DNA of 64,000 bases from Tubiluchus corallicola. Lineage: Eukaryota; Animalia; Priapulida. The notes beneath the pieces are model-generated. The model was not told where the DNA came from, searched no databases, and was given only the letters and a program-made list of their open reading frames with translations. This document shows, in pieces, positions 43,681 through 55,764 of the stretch. Both the position numbers and the translations under genes were made by a program. The stretch spans positions 124,001 to 188,000 of the forward strand of contig JAQGDQ010000074.1 of assembly GCA_030141605.1 (NCBI GenBank), given 5' to 3'. How positions within the stretch are numbered: the first letter of the stretch is position 1; each line of letters begins with the position of its first letter.

Positions 43681-44010
43681 TGATTTGCAGAGTGTATTAA
43701 AGATTAATGTAAGATTTTCTAAGATTAATCTTATCTATGACAATGTTTTTGCTTGGCTAAATGCTCTCGTTACAACAATTAATATGAGCCTCAATAATTT
43801 CTGAGCAGTTTCGTAGCACAGCATCTGTATGCAAAAATTGGTTGTGGTATTGAAAAGCATCCAGTATATGTTGTGATTCCTGAATGAATTATTTTGATTT
43901 CATTTTCTTCTAAAATATTTTGTCTCATCAAGAAAAAACATTTTTAATTTTATTATTTTATTAAAATAATTAATTAACGTATTTTAATTAACCTATTTTA
44001 ATTAATTTAG

Positions 44011-44199
44011 CCAACGATTTAAAATTGCATGCTTGTCCACACATGGGGAGGTATAAAATAATCAGCAGTACAGCCGAGGTTTTATGCAAGGACAGGAAAT
44101 CAGAAGTGACTTCCGGTTGCCACGACAGGCACACACTGGCTGTAGAACATTTATGCAAAGAAACTCACATGAACGAGGTGGAACTTCAATTAATAAGAG
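44011..44199 (+). CDS. Gene A exon: (A)NDLKLHACPHMGRYKIISSTAEVLCKDRKSEVTSGCHDRHTLAVEHLCKETHMNEVELQLIR
   Basis: Acceptor aatttag, donor gtgagg; 189 nt, phase 1 to 1; same length as paralog exon 58887-59075. Confidence 0.93.
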
Positions 44200-44330
44200 G
44201 TGAGGATACACGTTTGTCGTTTTGAAGAGAAGAAATCATTTTCTAAATTTGCATAATGTCGAGAAATATTTCCTTGTTTGATAATATTTCAGATGGTTTT
44301 TAGCTAATGGTTGTCTTTTCTTGGTTATAG

Positions 44331-44416
44331 AGAAATACATATGTCATGGGCACTGGGAAGAAGATGGAATTTCGTACCTGGTGGCGAGTGACAAAAATAA
44401 AGCCACAAGCTGCTTT
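44331..44416 (+). CDS. Gene A exon: (E)KYICHGHWEEDGISYLVASDKNKATSCF
   Basis: Acceptor ttcttggttatag, donor gtgagt; 86 nt, phase 1 to 0; paralog exon is also 86 nt. Confidence 0.94.
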
Positions 44417-44635
44417 GTGAGTATCAGAATGGTTTTTACTAACCTGAGACATGAATTTGATGACCATTTTTATATTTTTGACATACACACTTTCTCATTG
44501 AAATCTCCACGTCCTTGATGGGCTTTGTGGGATGAACAGATTTTCTCAGTTATGCTCAGAATATTAAGGAATTAATCAGACAAGCCCGCAAGATCTACAA
44601 AATTTTAAATTGAAAGTTAATCATATATTTTTCAG

Positions 44636-44747
44636 ATACTCAAAAAAGAGGACGGTATGGTTAGAATATCGAATTTCCTCACATCTTGTGAAAGACTGCA
44701 AAATGCTCATACGGACAGTTTAACTGCATATAATGTGACTACAATCG
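44636..44747 (+). CDS. Gene A exon: ILKKEDGMVRISNFLTSCERLQNAHTDSLTAYNVTTI
   Basis: Acceptor atttttcag, donor gtaagc; 112 nt, phase 0 to 1; paralog exon is also 112 nt. Confidence 0.92.
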
Positions 44748-44966
44748 GTAAGCAAATGTAGAAAAAACTTTTTGTATAATTGATATATGTAGGGGGATGT
44801 ACGTAATTGTTTATTGTATGTACCATTATATATGCATGTGCACAACTTACAAACTGTAATTTATGTGACCACGTCAATAACGTTTTAATATATTGTTATT
44901 GCTCACTCATAAGAATCTTTTTAAAAAGTGAATTGTTTGTTTAATTTGTTTTTCTGTTTGTTACAG

Positions 44967-45070
44967 GTAGCTGTTTTCCTTCATTAGCTAGTTTGCCAGT
45001 AATGAGTTTATCATCTTTATTTTGTTGCTTGTTAATATCCTGGTTATCTTTGTCACTATCACCTCTATAG
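44967..45070 (+). CDS. Gene A terminal exon: (G)SCFPSLASLPVMSLSSLFCCLLISWLSLSLSPL*; hydrophobic GPI-signal-like C-terminus
   Basis: Acceptor tgtttgttacag; in frame to TAG at 45068-45070; small residues followed by a terminal hydrophobic stretch with no cytoplasmic tail. Confidence 0.88.
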
Positions 45071-46389
45071 TTTACAACGGCTCAGCAAGACAAGCCAACG
45101 ACCTTTCAAACATGACATAACACTGCTCTACAAAAATATTAAAATCCAGTTGACTTGAATTATTTTTATTATTTTCTGGAATGCCAAAATGTACTTTTTA
45201 ATCACTTACTACATAACAAGTGAGGGACAGTTCATGAGCTTAGTGTAAGCAAATATCATTTCTTTAAACAGTTTTACTAGATTCTCAACTCCTACTTAAT
45301 AAGGATAAAAGACATTAGAAAATATCCATTGTTTGCAATCATGAGTATTACTTTTTTAGCAGGCCTACAGTTAATTAGCAATTTTAATGTTAGGCGGTGC
45401 ATTGTAAAGTTGATTGTGGACGTAGACCCATTTACCTAAAAAGTTTGATTGTAAATAATAAAATAACAGCAATGTACTACGTACATAGGAGGCCTAAGAC
45501 CGTCATGTAAATACACCTAATTTATGAATATGTGTGACTTATGTGAATATGGTATTTTTGAGTCAAAAATGAAATAATGTACAGTAGAATGTTGTATTTA
45601 TTAATTTTGTCTTATATCATTTTAAGAACAGTCCACAGAATAAAAGATTGAGTTGTTAAAAAAGCAGTAACTTTTTGAACATGATAAAAGTTTATTGCTT
45701 TGCGTTCAAACATTTTTCTGCAAAATTCATCCTATTCTGCTTGTAGTCTCATAGCTGTACTATTATTATTCCATTTTGCAATAAGTAAGAGATTAATCTC
45801 AGATGAAAAATTTCTCATTTGTAAATACGTTCTGGCATTTTACCATGATATATGTACGTCTTTTATGCAATCTATAATTATTTTGTTGCTAATATTTAGT
45901 AATTTATTACCATCAACATTTATGCATTAATTTCTCATTTTTTCATTAATCTTCCTTAGTTACTACAATACAGACTTGATTAGCACATGCAGGAGTAATG
46001 AGTTAAATCTTGCGTGAATTTTTTTACTGGTTAGTGCTACTTAATGGAAAAAAGATTTTCAATAATTTGTATTTGAATAAGAATGAATGTCTTTACCTTG
46101 TTTATGTGCATAGATGACTCCTTACAAAAATGCTTTTGTAGGTCCTACTCATGCTTCTACATGAGGCCAGCTTTCAACTGGACGTATTTTTTCATTACAG
46201 TAGCATTAGTTACTGTAAAGCTTTTATTTTCAACATTTTGAACTATGTTCTGATGCATTTGATCAGCACGTGTGCAAATTACATTGCAGTTTAATACAGT
46301 GTTGCATCAGTTGTGATATAAACTGTGATAATTTGAAACTTATTTTAAGTTTGTTGTAATAATGTTGAACGAAATATAAATTTGTAAAT

Positions 46390-46395
46390 AATAAA
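46390..46395 (+). terminator. Candidate polyadenylation signal of gene A
   Basis: AATAAA overlapping TGTAAATA at the end of an AT-rich UTR-like tract; alternatives at about 45457 and 45639. Confidence 0.45.
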
Positions 46396-47949
46396 CATAT
46401 TGGGCTTGATACCTTTCTAAACACATCTTATTTGTTGTATTATTATAGCATACAACTAATATAAAACAGCCAAACGCGCATTCCCGCAACAAAAATATTG
46501 TGGTATGTAATGTGTTTTAGCGGAGCAAACATGGTAAATTTGCAAAATAACCCTGCGAAATAAATCATGCAAAATCATGGTCACACTTCTAATTTTCTTT
46601 TTAAAAACGTATTTTACTAATATTTTTGACTTGTAAAGTGGCCATTGGTCAATAGCAAGGCTGAAAATTAAAATTCAATTACGTTTGCAGTTATTTTATT
46701 TTAAAATATTGGGTAGCGCAAAAATGTGCAGAAATTTGGATTATAATAATATCAGAAACAAGTGCCATACTAAGTTGAAATTTCACAGCATAACATTACA
46801 ATGCACTTACTTTTCGTTGCTAGTTAGAGTTGGAAGTTTATAGTTTTAGTGTCTTTTACGTTATGGCCAAAAATTAAATCCCGGGGCAATGCCATCATCA
46901 ACTGCAATCATCTGAAAAACGGCCAAATAGACATACAAAACACAACGCGTAGAACCAAAATAATAAGAAATTAAACAGTTTACATCATGGTCTTTACAAC
47001 AAACGATAAAAGATTAGTAAAGATTTGTTGCTAATCTGGATTACCAATCCTGTTGCCAGTCTTGTGGATACGTTATCTGGAATTCCCTTCAAAGAAAATG
47101 GCCTCACAGAGCCGGTTGATTCAAAGCAATTAAAGGCAAGAATTGTTGGCACATAATATCCCTTAAAGAAGTGAGAAGCTGTCAGCTGTTGGAAGGATTG
47201 CCTTCGTCTAGTTTGCAGTGAAATGTAAAATATATAGAGCACTTCCTCTATAAATTTTAACAATGATGACAATTTTTCCAGCATTTACTTTTTTAGTTAT
47301 TCATTTAAAACTTCTGTATCTTTGGATAGATCTAAGGGAACGACCTAAAATTTTTGTTGTTTACACGTAAATGCCTGCGACATCAGTGTGTCAATTTCCA
47401 GACGATTTAGCTGGTTTCTCCTTATAATATCGTGATCAAACTTCGGCACGTTTATTGCGCCGCCTGATATATGGTTGCTGGAGTTCACCAACTTCTCTGC
47501 AGATTTAATGATATTGTTATTTTTACAAAACTGTTTTTCTCCTCTTTTTGTTACGCACACCTGCAGTTCGTTGTTTCATAGATATAATTATTTGCAAACA
47601 GCATTAATTAGGGTCGGCATCGCTTTGCCTCTTTGTAATGTTTATTGACATTCACGATTGCTTGTGGCGGCACATTGTTTAGTATACGTGCTGCACATAA
47701 ATAATGCAATCAACTTGATAGCCTGCATCATGTTTTCGATGCATGAGTGCAGCAGGGTAAACCAATTAGGCCTATAACGTAGGACGTCTCCAATTAGATT
47801 ATTTTGCCAGTTTCAAACAAATCTGCTCGACCTAGATTGAACAGTTTGTGTTAGACTTGATTCATTTATATGCCTATAAAGAATATGAAACATCACACTT
47901 CTTGTTAGTTAAATTTTAAACATGTAAGAGAAGCAGTGACAGACCCAGA

Positions 47950-48420
47950 CAACGTTTTCTTTCAACTAGTATTTAAATGAATTGCAACCAGAGGAGTAGA
48001 ATACCACAATGTAAACAAACTGGCTCTATACAAGTACATAAATTATATATCTGACGGTAAAAGAATGTTGTAGGAACGTTATTGCTCTATATAGTCTAAA
48101 ATAAAAACAGGAGGGAGCTAACGCCGATCCGCGTGGATTACCTGCATTGATGTAATGAGCGATGGTGGCTTCACTCCCAAGAACAACATTCAGACGGGGA
48201 TCGATCAACATTGTTTCAAAAATAGCACAACGTATGAATAGATCTTTAGTAAGACTTATCAAGCGGTGACAGGAATCATATCATCTGCCCCGTCAGTTTT
48301 AGTCCTGGAAGCATTACCAATTACTTTGGCACTATGTACTAATAGGAGGCATGCTCAGCCTTGTTTCTCTACCACTCAGCGTTTTGAAAGCTGGGGTCCA
48401 GCACTGAACGGCTGTGCTTA
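47950..48420 (-). mobile_element. Highly decayed LINE RT fragment
   Basis: ORF 48026..48262 contains RLNVVL....H.INAGNPRGSALAPSCF, a degenerate form of the RT motif INAGVPQGSVLAPxLF. Confidence 0.55.
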
Positions 48421-51400
48421 CTAGATAGATATAGTAACTAGATAGATATAGAGTAGATAGTTATAGCAGGGCGAGAATCTAACTTATTTTCAAACGTAAT
48501 CCTGCAACAATATTAGCGTGTTCGGATGTATGTACAACCGCCCATAAAAAGAGAATTAGCTGGAAGTAGCAAATCAGATGAAATAACTGAAAAGTAGTTT
48601 TGCCTCTGGTCCACCATTCATTTATTGACTAGGCTTAACTTAAGACACTAAGCATATACATCTCGGTTACTGCAGTTTATTTTTCGCCACAACCCGAGAA
48701 TCTACTTGACTGTGTAGCTCAAAGGTCACAAAAAAGTAAAAGCAGCAATTTGCAAGAGAATCAATTTTCTTGAAGATATTTGAGAAAGTCACATAAATGC
48801 ACCATTCTCACTGACAAAAATTCTTCGTAAGTGGTACCCAAAGATTGTTGTAAGAGTTTTGCATTATAGCAGCGACAGTGTCACGCGGGCTGTATCGCAT
48901 TTAAACAGAACTTTTTCCGTTATGGATTCCAAAATCTTCAGCCTTTGGCTAAAAAGACAATCTGCAAAGCACGATGCCCCGACATGAAGTGTCATGCACT
49001 GGGCCTATTCTCAATGCGAATCTCAAAGAACGAGAACAATTTTGGTTACATGAGCAAGCTAGCTAGCAAAACTGTGCACAACAAAGTTCAGTCCGTTAGA
49101 CATTAGTACCCATACTCAAGTAGGCAATAATGCATGGACTCTTATGCTTATTCAAAGAGTCGCACTAGTAGTGACGTCACAAGTAGGTTCACAACTGTTG
49201 GGCTAAACATTTTGTTGTTATATTGACAGTTGACTAAAGGACGTTACATAAGTCAGACAAGCTGCGTCATACCAAATGTTTCTGCAAGTGCAATGGTAAT
49301 GGGACTAACGAAGCAACTTGATGAACAGTTTTGCATCACTAAAGAGTCCAAATGAAGCATGTTGTAAGGAGGTCCACCAAGACACCAACTATGTGCGTGT
49401 AGGGGACAGTAGCAAAAAACATCAAGTGTGGTGACATGATACGGAATTTTACGGTAGCCGCAATACCTGCGCATGATCTGCAAATAATAATTAAATAAAA
49501 ACAACAAGGAGCAAACAACAATGATGTAACGAAATGAATAAACATCGGACGGGGATGCTATGACCGTGGCAAAAAACGTGAGGCAATATAATTACTGAAA
49601 AAAGTATGGTAGCGCCATCAGTACATTAAATGTAAAAAAGGAAAATAAATAACAAAAATGTATTGGTAGCAACGGTGACAACCATCTCAATCAACGTAAG
49701 TAAACAACAATTAATTAGAAACTTACTTGGAGACTATGGTAATGACTAAAAACTTTGATGATAATTTGATGAACTGTTTCGTGGCAGTGAGAACAACCAA
49801 GGAAGACCTAAAAACGAGGCGTCTAAATAACGCAGGTATGATGATGACAACAAAGGCAAATATCTGCAATAAAATTAGTAAATAACACCTGTATGGCAGG
49901 AAGGCAGCAACAGTGTAAAAAATAATAAAATGTCATCGAAGTGTCATGAACAAGTTTATAGTAGAGGCAATAACAGTATCAGATTTGCAAGTTAGGTAAC
50001 TGAGTAACAACACTCAGGTGGTGGAAAAAATGACAAGAGACACAGAAACGTATTGAGTCGACGAACAATTTTTTGGCAGTGGCAACTAATGGAAATGAAT
50101 AACAAACACTGTTGTAGTAATGGTAACAAAGATTTCCAAAGAGATGGGTAAACAACTACTACATGGGTGCAGTGGGAGTTCATGTACCCCTACTTGCGCC
50201 TTGAACAACAAAATTACGTCAGTTGAAACAACAGCATTTCATCAACAAATTAATCGACGAAATACGAAGTGACAACGTCTGCAGAGAGATGAGCAGATAT
50301 CAACTATATGAGGGCAGCGACTTTGGCAAAAATTTTAAATAAGGCAGAGTGATCAATAAAATTGCGGTAGTGACAACAAGAGTAGAAGTGATGCTAGTGA
50401 AGTGACTAAATAACAATGCAGCATTGACAACAATGACAACAATACAATTGTGACAGCATTGACAAACATACCCAATGAATAAGTGAAAGATAACTATAGT
50501 ACATGGGGCTGCTAAAAGCTTTAAATGGGGTAACATGAAGAGTAAGTTCATGATGAATCAATGAAATGCAGAGAGATTAAGCAGATATGAACTACAACTG
50601 GGTAACGACAGTGGAAAATGGCGACTTGAATAATTTTACGCCAACGATAACAATGCTACAAGACCGGTAAATAGCGTGAATAAGCAAAAAATAATACCAT
50701 TGTGGCAACAAAGACAAACATCTGCAAAATTGGACTGGTAAATAACAACAACATGAAGGTAAGGGAGAGATAAAAAAACCTTAAACAAGCAACTTGGTGA
50801 ACGGTTTTTAGGTAAAAATACAGTGGGAGAAGCAACAATCGCCAGAAACTCAAGTTAAGCTACTTGGTGACTATGGTAGCAACAACAACTATAAGAGGTG
50901 CAGATGAAGAAAATAAAAAATACCACAGTGCAGTTGTAATAACAATATCAGTGCGGTTATGGACAAAAACTAAACGTGGGAAGGGCAGCAGTAGTGACAT
51001 TTGTATCTTAACAGGAGGGTGTGGCGAACCAATTTTACTGTAGTAACAGGGGTAGCAAAAGAGGCAACTAAATAACATCAATACGAGTGGTGGCAACGAT
51101 TTCAAAAATTTGAAGAATAGGCGAAAACGTGAAGGCACACTATAAACAAATCGATTTTGTAGTGTGCCTGCTAGGCAGTGGCGATGATGGTTATAGTAGC
51201 AATTTTACGGTGCGATACTATTGACAAAACTTGCAAATGAGGCGATATAATAAGAACAGTATGGCGTTGCCACTAATCATTGTTGGCGGCAACAGTAGTA
51301 AAATGTTTATAAATGAAATGAGTTGAAAATAATGTTTATGTTGTCAGCATGTAAAATGAATAGGTTTGGTTATTTCAACAGCCTGTAATATAAAAATTAT

Positions 51401-54134
51401 TATGATCATACATCTTCTGTTCAGTTGTGCTGTCCAAATAATTTTAAAATCATCATGACCATTACTCATATGAGAAGTGAAACTCACTTGAATTCTATGA
51501 CGAACACCCTCCAATCGCCAATGAAAATAAGCGAACACAGGATGGTTTTGCGGGTATTGCTGTTCTAAGGCTTACAATAAGACGATTTAAAAAACGAGAT
51601 TCGTGTTCACGTGAAGGAACAAAAATATGAAAACCAGAAATTAAATAACGTGCACTACATATACTGGCAATTTCAAAACTATAATATTATAACACAGCTA
51701 GGGCATTGCAAATCTTTAGAGTAATGAAATATTTTTATCTTGCAAAATGGCATCTCAGTAATCTTAGTAAACAGGAGTAATAATCGTTACTCTGCTATGT
51801 AACTAGCTTCATAAAAGCTAGCGGCTTGTTAAGTAATTATAGCTTCCAAAGTCTTTAGTTTCTGGCGAATTTCAGTTTATGATACATCAACGACAGTGTG
51901 CATTGCACATACTTGCACACTAGAGCAATCTGCCGAATAACCATCATTAAGGACATAGCCTTATTACCGATACACAATACGTATGCAGTAGATTATAATA
52001 ATAACCCGAGGCTAAAAACAACACAATGTAGTCGAATCCAATATAAGAGGTACTGGATTAATTAACCTCTATTCAATAATAATGAATACTTTTCGATTAT
52101 CTGTCCCCGCCAGTAATATTATACATATCACGTCATTTTGCATGTGCAACCGTACTAAGGCAACCACACAGAACAACACAAAGTTTTGCAAAATATGATG
52201 AAAAATAACGAGATGGGGCGTACATTTACAAAAGATGCATGATTAAGGGCTAAAGAAAAACAGATCATTAAAATTTCGTAAAATAACGCTTAACGCCCTG
52301 GTCGACCAGACAATAATCGGCCAAAAATCGACCTTTTCATTACCCAAACGCCTTTTCACTTAACACTTTTGCACTGTCTAACTTTACGATATGTCTGAAA
52401 GCTACAAACAAGATGCAAGTTTGTCATTTTTAAGTGCATAATTTTTTACGTTGATTTATTGACACAAATATGCTTTCGCTAAATCAGCATATATTTATTT
52501 AACACGTGTGTACCAGAAAACTTCATTTATTTTGGCCATCGTTTTCAAATTTGCCATATTATTTTACGATATTTTTCCGTCTGCTTTCAACTGTGTTTTT
52601 GCCAGAGTAAAGTGAAAAGGCTTTTCAGCACAGTAACATCTTATCACAATCGTGATCGATCAATCAAAATTGTCATACACAACTTGTTACAGTAATCTCG
52701 CATTAAGTGCTGCGCCTTTAAAAGACCGCCAGAAACACGCATTTTGTCAACTTGAGACGAGAAAAATGGCCGCCATCATGTTTTCGTTTCGGTTTCAGAA
52801 ATTTGTTTTGCTGAAACATTTTGTCATTATTTTATGAAGCCGAAAATGTAGGCCATTTGCGCATTTGAAAAAAATTGCACGTGTTTTCTTTTTCAGCTTT
52901 TTATGAGCGTTTAGGCCTATTTATTGTATAATACCGCTGACAATTTTCTGAAGGTAAGAATCTGAACAGTTATTAAAAAGATTCACACAATAATGAAACT
53001 GAAACACGACGCTTCATAACACTGCTGCATTGTAAGTGTTATCTTCGGCTAAAAAAACAAAACTGCAAAATACATTTTTGACATTTTATTTGAACCAAAA
53101 AAGATGCGGCACGGTGTGGTCCCTAGAAGGTATGTAGTGTAACCAGTGTTTGGATCTAAAATCAAAATGAAAGACATATTAAACCTATATCATTTCCCTA
53201 AAATGGCACCTGTTCTCTCCTTTTCTTGTTTAGCTGTCTTGGGGTTATAGAAAAATTAAAGTAATTTCTTTAATAATGAATTCTGTACGTGACGAAATCT
53301 TTGACGGTTGTAGTGCTATATGTCAAACTCAAAAGGCCAAAATAAAATAGTGTTTCTTTTATATAAATTTTATAATAATTTTAAATACCGCGCTGATTTA
53401 GCGAAATTTTATTGTATTAAAATTTTATTGTATTAAAAAGTGTACTAGTTTGATAACGAAACCATTCTTTCCTGAGTGACACACGTGTCGTGACAAGTAC
53501 GCCGAGCTGCCAATTGGCAAATGCCGCAAAAGTAGCCTTTCCTCTTTGATTTTCTGCCGCAGCAGTAAAATCCAGTTTACTTTATCGATCTCTTGAATAT
53601 GTCTCAATTTTTTACTTGAGTTACTTTTATTGTAGCTATTAGTATGGTTTTCTGCGAAGAAAATGTGCTTTTATAGGACCGCAAATGGCCCGTATTCAAA
53701 CGGGATTTGCTTATAAAGCTTGCAGAGTATAGAACTGCTGCTTGCTCAATTTATAGGTTTTTCTCAAACAATATGCAGCTAAGAATAGGTGTAATCGGCT
53801 GTGAAAGTTGTTTCATGCAGTTCGACAGATGAACACTTTTACTACTGGACTGTGTAAGAGTACCGAAATGTTTCACCAAAAAGGCCAACACAGTGTGTTT
53901 CCAAAAAAATTATGCCCAGTTTATTTGTAATTTTTAAGACTTGAGTAAACTATATATGAAAGTTTCACATTTGAGACTGACATAAATAAGCAAAAACAGC
54001 GGAATTTATTTAATTTATCTAAAGTACTATCTATATATATTCGTATCTATATACGAATTCAATCGAAAGTACCCGTTCTGCGTCTTTCCTAATAAGTGAA
54101 GTTTTATCTGGAATTCATGAAATTAGTTCATGCT

Positions 54135-54151
54135 ACGCCATCTAGTGGTCA
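54135..54151 (+). promoter_or_regulatory. CTCF-consensus-like motif ACGCCATCTAGTGGTCA
   Basis: Near-perfect match to GCGCCMYCTAGTGGYCA; motif match only. Confidence 0.5.
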
Positions 54152-54813
54152 GCATGTCAATGTAGCGCAATGTACATTATGGTATATTATCTATAGGTGT
54201 AAAACAACTTGAAAATACAATTACTTGTGCGGGGAAAATTTAAAATATCCCTGTATCTACGCCAATAATTTCCTGTGCGAAACTTGTGCCGACATTTGAT
54301 GGTCCTCAGTAGTTCGAGTGTAATTACAACCCAGGCAACGTCACTGTATTACCTTAAAGCACAGTTCGCCCCGGAACTATATAACATACTGAATATGCTC
54401 TCTGGAACTATGTAACCTACCGTACATTCTTACTTTTTTGATTAGGTTGAAACCAATTAAAATAAGTTTACGATAAATAAGATAAGATAAAGAACGAGCA
54501 CACATTGTTTCCAAATGTGTGGTGGTTTGTCTGGTATTCAGTATGTTCAGGTTAAGTTTTATTTCCAATTTCTTTCCAGCTGAATTTGAGCTTTTACCTT
54601 TAAAAGCGCACTACAGCAACGAACATGAATCAGGGAATAGGCATAAATTTGAGACATGAAAATGGGACGTGTAATAGACCAATATAATTTATCTAATCAA
54701 TCATACCAAAGTGCAAATGCTGGACTAGACGATTCTGTCGAATTATACCCATTTCAGTCAAAAATCAGGCCCAAATTAAACAATAGAAACACCAAATTCT
54801 ACTATAAAGTTTG

Positions 54814-54819
54814 TTTATT
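54814..54819 (-). terminator. Candidate polyadenylation signal of gene B
   Basis: Minus strand reads TGTACATAAATAAAC at the end of a ~2.7-kb UTR-like tract. Confidence 0.4.
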
Positions 54820-55650
54820 TATGTACAAAATTAATTTATATTTGCGTTATGTACAGCAAAAAGTTGTAGACAAACAAATATCACAGAAAAAATGCAAATC
54901 AAAATTACATTGATGGGTTGACACAAACTAATAAAACAAGTAAACAACCATCAGTCATTAAATCTCGAAGTATATTAACGGGTAACAATTCTGCCATATA
55001 AGTTTTTCTAAAATTCCTTTACAGGATTTTGTTTAATTCAAAACTTAAATTACACGCACAACTACTGTACTACATCTCATTGTAATTAAGAAGCGATGTC
55101 AAAAATAGTTTAATACATAAAAACCTGACTGATTGAGAACTCAAAGAATACTGATAACAACTGATAGCTACAATATTTTACGCATTAATAATTAAATCGT
55201 TTTTACAAATTTACAGTATTTATATTAAAAGCAATATAAATGGTCGCGAATTTCATTTCAACTATATTTACTATCATTCAAAGCTATGAGAGAAACATGA
55301 AAAAGTGCTTTATTATTACAAAATCTTTTTAAACTACAGTGATTGAGATATTTTACACTACTGAGATATGGCTAAACATATTAGTGGCAAGACGTATTAT
55401 GTTCATTAATAATAATAGATATACAAAAAATTGACACGTTGTTTTCGGGCTTACTGCAGGCATCATATTAAACAGCAGAAACTTTCTCAATTGGTATTCT
55501 GTTAAACAAGCAAGAAAATGACTAAACATCTCCTTCTGGGATGTAAAAATACCACTGTTTTAGTTTTCATTGATAAAAAAATTTCGCGTTAGCGGTAAAA
55601 TTCATAGATATTTACAAAAAAGTGCAAAAATATAAGTACAAATGACCTTA

Positions 55651-55764
55651 GAGAATGCAATTCTAATTGAACAACCCAAATTACTGCAACAATATCACAT
55701 AATATTCAATATAAACAAATATTGCCGCATTAGCTTGGTTGTTCAATTAGAATTCCACATTCTC
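55651..55764. repeat. Imperfect ~45-bp inverted repeat (hairpin or MITE-like)
   Basis: Perfect 18-bp core AATTCTAATTGAACAACC / GGTTGTTCAATTAGAATT, GAGAATG/CATTCTC ends, and further internal pairing. Confidence 0.85.

Noticed and set aside
46994-47284. ORF with SLQTRR, perhaps a continuation of the 48-kb LINE relic
   Set aside because: Only one short motif; insufficient without an alignment.
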